From positions 742 through 64,741 of the forward strand of contig JAHDSB010000077.1 in NCBI GenBank assembly GCA_018433015.1: DNA of 64,000 bases, written 5' to 3'. The notes beneath the pieces are model-generated. The model saw nothing but the letters and a program-made list of their open reading frames with translations, was not told the DNA's origin and ran no database searches. Position numbers and translations under genes: made by a program. Of the stretch, positions 60,170 to 64,000 are shown in pieces; position 1 is the first letter of the stretch; the number at the start of each line of letters is the position of its first letter. This DNA comes from Clostridia bacterium (GTDB lineage Bacteria; Bacillota; Peptococcia; DRI-13; SV3-B141).

Positions 60170-60698
60170 TACGATCTCCTCTTGTAATCTGACGATAAAG
60201 ATCCTGTGTACGACTCAATTGTTCTTTTAATTGTATTCCGAACTTGGAAGACCCAGTATCTCGCTGCAATATTTTAGTTATACCTAAAGAATTTATAGTA
60301 CCATTAGCTAGTTCTGCTTGAACCTGCTCCCATTCTTCGCTTTCCCGTTCTATCTCTTTAATAATGTTAAACCCATTTTCACTCATTCCCACTACATATA
60401 TAGCGGAAAATAATTCAATTAAGTAAATTCCTTTGTTTAGCCCTAAGCCATGATAATCAAGAACTTTTATCCATGATTTTTGATTTTGCCGCAGTTTATT
60501 TTGTTTTTTAAGGAATTTTAAAACTAAATATGTCAGGATAAGAACTGCGGCTAAACTAAATACTATGCGAAAAAAATATCCCGCCATACTTGGTTCCTTT
60601 AATTCTGTAACAACTTCTTCACTAGCAGCATAAACGGTCTTACTTAGAACAATATTTATGGTAGCTATCATTGAACCAATTTTATATTTATCTACCAT
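60159..60698 (-). CDS. fliO: flagellar biosynthesis protein FliO/FliZ
   Basis: Single TM helix ([19 protein letters not shown]) protein between cheY and fliP. ATG at 60698 lies 5 nt after AGGTGG. Confidence 0.7.
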   Translation of the reverse strand: MVDKYKIGSMIATINIVLSKTVYAASEEVVTELKEPSMAGYFFRIVFSLAAVLILTYLVLKFLKKQNKLRQNQKSWIKVLDYHGLGLNKGIYLIELFSAIYVVGMSENGFNIIKEIERESEEWEQVQAELANGTINSLGITKILQRDTGSSKFGIQLKEQLSRTQDLYRQITRGDRNEK

Positions 60699-60707
60699 CT
60701 TATCCAC

Positions 60708-61067
60708 CTAAGATAATGCTTTTTGCACCGCTTCTAGTACACGATCTGGTTGAAATGGTTTAACTATAAAATCTTTAGCTCCAGCTTGAATAGCATCAAT
60801 AACCATAGCCTGTTGTCCCATAGCACTACACATCACAATGCGAGCACTTGCATCCTCGCTTTTGATAGCCTTAACAGCACTGATACCATCAAGCTCAGGC
60901 ATGGTTATGTCCATTGTAACTAAATCCGGTTTAAGTTCTTTAAACTTGTCCACAGCTATCTTACCATTTTCTGCTTCTCCTACAATTTCATAGCCGTTTT
61001 TTGATAGTATATCTTTCAACATCATTCTCATAAATGCAGCATCATCAACTATCAGCACTTTAGCCAT
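60708..61067 (-). CDS. cheY: chemotaxis response regulator CheY
   Basis: 119-aa receiver: VLIVDDAAFMR, phospho-Asp in LVTMDITMP, KPF near the C-terminus. Confidence 0.93.
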   Translation of the reverse strand: MAKVLIVDDAAFMRMMLKDILSKNGYEIVGEAENGKIAVDKFKELKPDLVTMDITMPELDGISAVKAIKSEDASARIVMCSAMGQQAMVIDAIQAGAKDFIVKPFQPDRVLEAVQKALS

Positions 61068-61088
61068 TTTTAATCCTCCTCAAATCCC

Positions 61089-62312
61089 TTAATTATTAAG
61101 ATTTTTAACTCTTTCAGCAGGTGAGACAATTTCTGTAATTCTCACCCCAAAGTTTTCATCTATTACAACAACCTCACCTTTTGCCAACATTTTGCCATTA
61201 ACAAGGATATCAACGGGCTCTCCAGCTAGTTTATCAAGTTCTATCACTGTTCCTACAGAAAAATCTAAAATATCTTTTATTTTTTTAACTGTTCTTCCTA
61301 ATTCAACTGAGATCTGTAAACCCACATCCATCAAAAGATCAATATTTGTCGGCATGCTAACGTGAGGTTCTTCTTGCTGAAAAGAAGTAAATTGAACAGG
61401 CGTGACAGCAACCTGCTGATCCTTTGTTACTTTACCTGCTGTTTCTTTTTCCATAGTAAACGCCTCCACGTTGTGCTCCTTTCCTGAATTATTAGGCACA
61501 TTTATTTGACTTACACTTTGAGCAACAGTTGCTGAAGCTGTCTTCGTCGTTGCAGCAGGAGTCGTATTTGTACTGAGCGGATTTTGTTGCAACGGTTGGG
61601 AGCCAGCTTGTTTTTGCTTCGGTTGGGGCTCATATTTAGACGAATCATGAGAATTCATGATATCGTTCACCATACTCTTGGCAAAGGGTATGGGCAGGAG
61701 TTGCATCACTTCACTATCAATCAGACCTTGAATTACCATTCTAAAGGAAATTTTTACGATTATTTGCTCATCATTACCAAATAATTCATGTTCGCTCAAT
61801 TCAAACAAGTCCAAACCAGGCGGAGATATATCAATCATTTTATCTAATAACTGAGATAATGAAGTACAAGAGGAACCCATCATTTGATTCATAGCTTCAC
61901 TTACCGCACTCATATGCAAATCATTCAATTCCATAGGAGGATTGCTTCCATCTCCTCCCATCATTAGATCAACAATAACTCCCGCATCGTACGTGTGAAT
62001 GATCAAAATATTTGAGCCTTGTAAACCCGCATTATAATTGACATCAACTATAACATAAGGTTTAGGATAATTATCTTTCAATTTCTTAATGTTGGTCATT
62101 TCTACTGACGGTGTTGTTATTTCGACTTTATGATTCAATAAAGAAGACAACGCTGTTGCAGCTGCACCCATAGAAATATTAGCCATTTCTCCTAAGGCAT
62201 CTTTTTCCATGTCTGTTAAGGCATCTTCTGCTACTTGCTCTTCCTTTTTTTCTTCCTCAACTTTACCATTTAGTAGGGCATCAATCTCTTCTTGTGATAG
62301 AACATTACTCAT
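61089..62312 (-). CDS. fliY: flagellar motor switch protein FliY (CheC-like plus FliN domains)
   Basis: MSNVLSQEEIDALL N-terminus, CheC-like EMANISMGAAATALS, C-terminal FliN/SpoA domain (VELGRT...ILVNGKMLAKGEVVVIDENFGVRITEI). Confidence 0.9.
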   Translation of the reverse strand: MSNVLSQEEIDALLNGKVEEEKKEEQVAEDALTDMEKDALGEMANISMGAAATALSSLLNHKVEITTPSVEMTNIKKLKDNYPKPYVIVDVNYNAGLQGSNILIIHTYDAGVIVDLMMGGDGSNPPMELNDLHMSAVSEAMNQMMGSSCTSLSQLLDKMIDISPPGLDLFELSEHELFGNDEQIIVKISFRMVIQGLIDSEVMQLLPIPFAKSMVNDIMNSHDSSKYEPQPKQKQAGSQPLQQNPLSTNTTPAATTKTASATVAQSVSQINVPNNSGKEHNVEAFTMEKETAGKVTKDQQVAVTPVQFTSFQQEEPHVSMPTNIDLLMDVGLQISVELGRTVKKIKDILDFSVGTVIELDKLAGEPVDILVNGKMLAKGEVVVIDENFGVRITEIVSPAERVKNLNN

Positions 62313-63300
62313 TTGCTTCACTCCCTTCTAGATGCAGCTTGGTTATCTTAACAGCTAGTTTGTTTCCTAGCATTCCTGGTTGGCCATAAAATTTAAGACG
62401 GGACCCTACATATATTTCATAATCCTTATACTTATTGGTGTCAAGAGTAATTACATCGCCAACCTGTAACCCCATTATCTCTCTGATGGTCGCATCACTT
62501 TTCCCCACATAAGCAGAAACGGGAACTACAGTAGTTTCAACTACATTTTTTAAGCTTTTTACTTTCTCATCAGGAAGTGAACGTTCAGAACTCGTAAACC
62601 AGAATTTTGTATTCAATTTTGAAGAGATAGGTTCCAACATTAAACATGGGATACAAATATTTACGAAACCTTCTATTTCTCCTACTTGTGTATTTATAGT
62701 AATTATCACAACCATTTCTTGGGGAGATATAATCTGACTAAACTGAGGATTTATTTCAATAGTCTCCAGTATCGCTTCTAGATCAAGCAAACTAGACCAT
62801 GCTTCTTTAAAGAGATAAAGAATTTTATCTGATATTCTTTCCATCACAGATTTCTCTATTTCTGTTAATGGTCTCCCCTTTGCTGTACTAAGTCCCGGCC
62901 CCCCAAATAATCTATCAATAACGCTTAAACCAATAATGGGGTTGATTTCTAAAATCCCCTTTCCTTCAAGAGGAGGGAGACTGAAAATGTTTAGAATTGT
63001 TGGATTTGGAATGGAACGAACAAACTCTTCATAAGTAACCTGGTCAACAGAAGCAACCTGGGCTATAACGCGATTCCGTAAAGTCCCTGATAATACTGTA
63101 GCGAATAACCGACAATAATTTTCATAAATAACTTCGATTGTGTTGAGTTGATCTTTGGAAAACTTATCAGGCCTGCGAAAATCATAGTTTCGTATTTTTC
63201 TACTTTCTTCTTCTTCACGCATAGCTTCAGCATCAACTTCACCCGATTGAAGTGCAGAAAGTAATGAATCTATTTCTGCTTGCGAAAGAATATCGCTCAC
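62305..63300 (-). CDS. fliM: flagellar motor switch protein FliM
   Basis: LSQAEIDSLL CheY-binding N-terminus, RNYDFRRPDKFSKDQL, C-terminal SpoA-like domain; GTG start with GGAGGTGA SD. Confidence 0.93.
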   Translation of the reverse strand: MSDILSQAEIDSLLSALQSGEVDAEAMREEEESRKIRNYDFRRPDKFSKDQLNTIEVIYENYCRLFATVLSGTLRNRVIAQVASVDQVTYEEFVRSIPNPTILNIFSLPPLEGKGILEINPIIGLSVIDRLFGGPGLSTAKGRPLTEIEKSVMERISDKILYLFKEAWSSLLDLEAILETIEINPQFSQIISPQEMVVIITINTQVGEIEGFVNICIPCLMLEPISSKLNTKFWFTSSERSLPDEKVKSLKNVVETTVVPVSAYVGKSDATIREIMGLQVGDVITLDTNKYKDYEIYVGSRLKFYGQPGMLGNKLAVKITKLHLEGSEANE

Positions 63301-63330
63301 TTACTCACCTCCCCGCCTGTCATTATCAAA

Positions 63331-63762
63331 TCAATTAAAGATTAAGCTTTTAAAATAAACTTTTATAACCTCTCCCTTATCCAAACACTTATTTATTTCT
63401 TTAATTAAAGACTGTTTTAATTCTTTTTTTCCTTCCACTGTGCTCATGACCTCTAAAGGTTTGCTTGAAAGAACCATGATTACAGTATCTTCTAAAATAT
63501 ATTTCTTTTTCTCTAACTCTTTCTTAGTCTTGTCATCAGTTGTTTCTAAAGCAAATTGCGCTTTAACATAATGACGAGTCGATTCTAAGGTATTAACCGT
63601 ATACTCTTCAGTTTCATAGATTGGTCCTTGTTTAGCAGCTTGTTCATTCCCATTGCCAAACATTATGAAATTATAAATCCAAAATGCTGATATCAATAAC
63701 AAGAGTACCAATATAGACACTAAAAGTATAGTCAATAATTTCCTAGACTTATCTTTTTCCAT
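63331..63762 (-). CDS. fliL: flagellar basal-body-associated protein FliL
   Basis: 143 aa, N-terminal TM helix; YVKAQFALE...VYFKSLIFN pattern; position before fliM. Confidence 0.85.
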   Translation of the reverse strand: MEKDKSRKLLTILLVSILVLLLLISAFWIYNFIMFGNGNEQAAKQGPIYETEEYTVNTLESTRHYVKAQFALETTDDKTKKELEKKKYILEDTVIMVLSSKPLEVMSTVEGKKELKQSLIKEINKCLDKGEVIKVYFKSLIFN

Positions 63763-63779
63763 GAACAGCGCTCCTTTTC

Positions 63780-64000
63780 CTATTGTAACTCCTTATATTG
63801 CTGGCTTTGCCTAATAATTACTATATCAACTCGGCGATTTTTTCGCCTGTTTTCTTCACTGTCATTTTCAGCTATCGGATGAAACTCACCATAACCCACA
63901 GCCGACAGTCTCTTAGGATCTATGTTCATTTTAATAAAATATTGCAAAACCGTTGTGGCTCGGGTTGTCGATAACTCCCAGTTCGAGGGAAATTTAACTG
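63780..64000 (-). CDS. motB: MotB/OmpA-like flagellar stator protein, C-terminal 73 codons (5' part beyond window end)
   Basis: Hand translation gives SNWELSTTRATTVLQYFI...RLSAVGYGEFHPIAENDSEENRRKNRRVDIVI, the OmpA-like peptidoglycan-binding motif. Stop TAG at 63780..63782. Confidence 0.8.
   Translation of the reverse strand, partial: VKFPSNWELSTTRATTVLQYFIKMNIDPKRLSAVGYGEFHPIAENDSEENRRKNRRVDIVIIRQSQQYKELQ

Overview
This is a 64-kb, AT-rich chromosomal block in which every credible gene (about 68 CDS) lies on the minus strand. All calls come from motif recognition, hand translation and synteny only, with no database search.

The content is core housekeeping of a low-GC Firmicute with spore-former-type genes. 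Gene order is colinear with the Bacillus subtilis region fla/che -> rpsB-tsf-pyrH-frr-uppS-cdsA-dxr-rseP-proS-polC -> rimP-nusA-ylxR-ylxQ-infB-rbfA-truB-ribF-rpsO-pnp -> deacetylase-M16 peptidase-ymxH -> dapB-rnj-tepA-ylzJ-ftsK/spoIIIE -> rodZ ... rimO-pgsA-pgpA.

I found no rRNA, tRNA, CRISPR array, transposase, integrase or phage genes. I do not see a convincing large multi-gene novel system.

Observations worth a second look:
1. polC is intact but lacks the roughly 190-aa DnaQ-like proofreading exonuclease domain that normally interrupts the PHP domain.
2. A two-gene cassette (acidic 71 aa plus basic 74 aa, toxin-antitoxin-like) is inserted between ribF and rpsO.
3. A 21-nt exact repeat is shared by the pnp 5' UTR and the first nucleotides after the polC stop codon.
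4. Consensus promoters followed by hairpin/U-tract leaders lie upstream of rnj and dapB.
5. ylzJ has a conserved-looking N-terminal extension with no canonical start codon.
6. Small insertions relative to Bacillus synteny include GT2-MgtC inside the proS-polC operon, a PilZ receptor inside fla/che, a FapA/110-aa/SwrB-like trio after sigD, and a 70-aa ORF between frr and uppS.

Start codons were re-evaluated by Shine-Dalgarno spacing and differ from the longest-ORF track in several cases.
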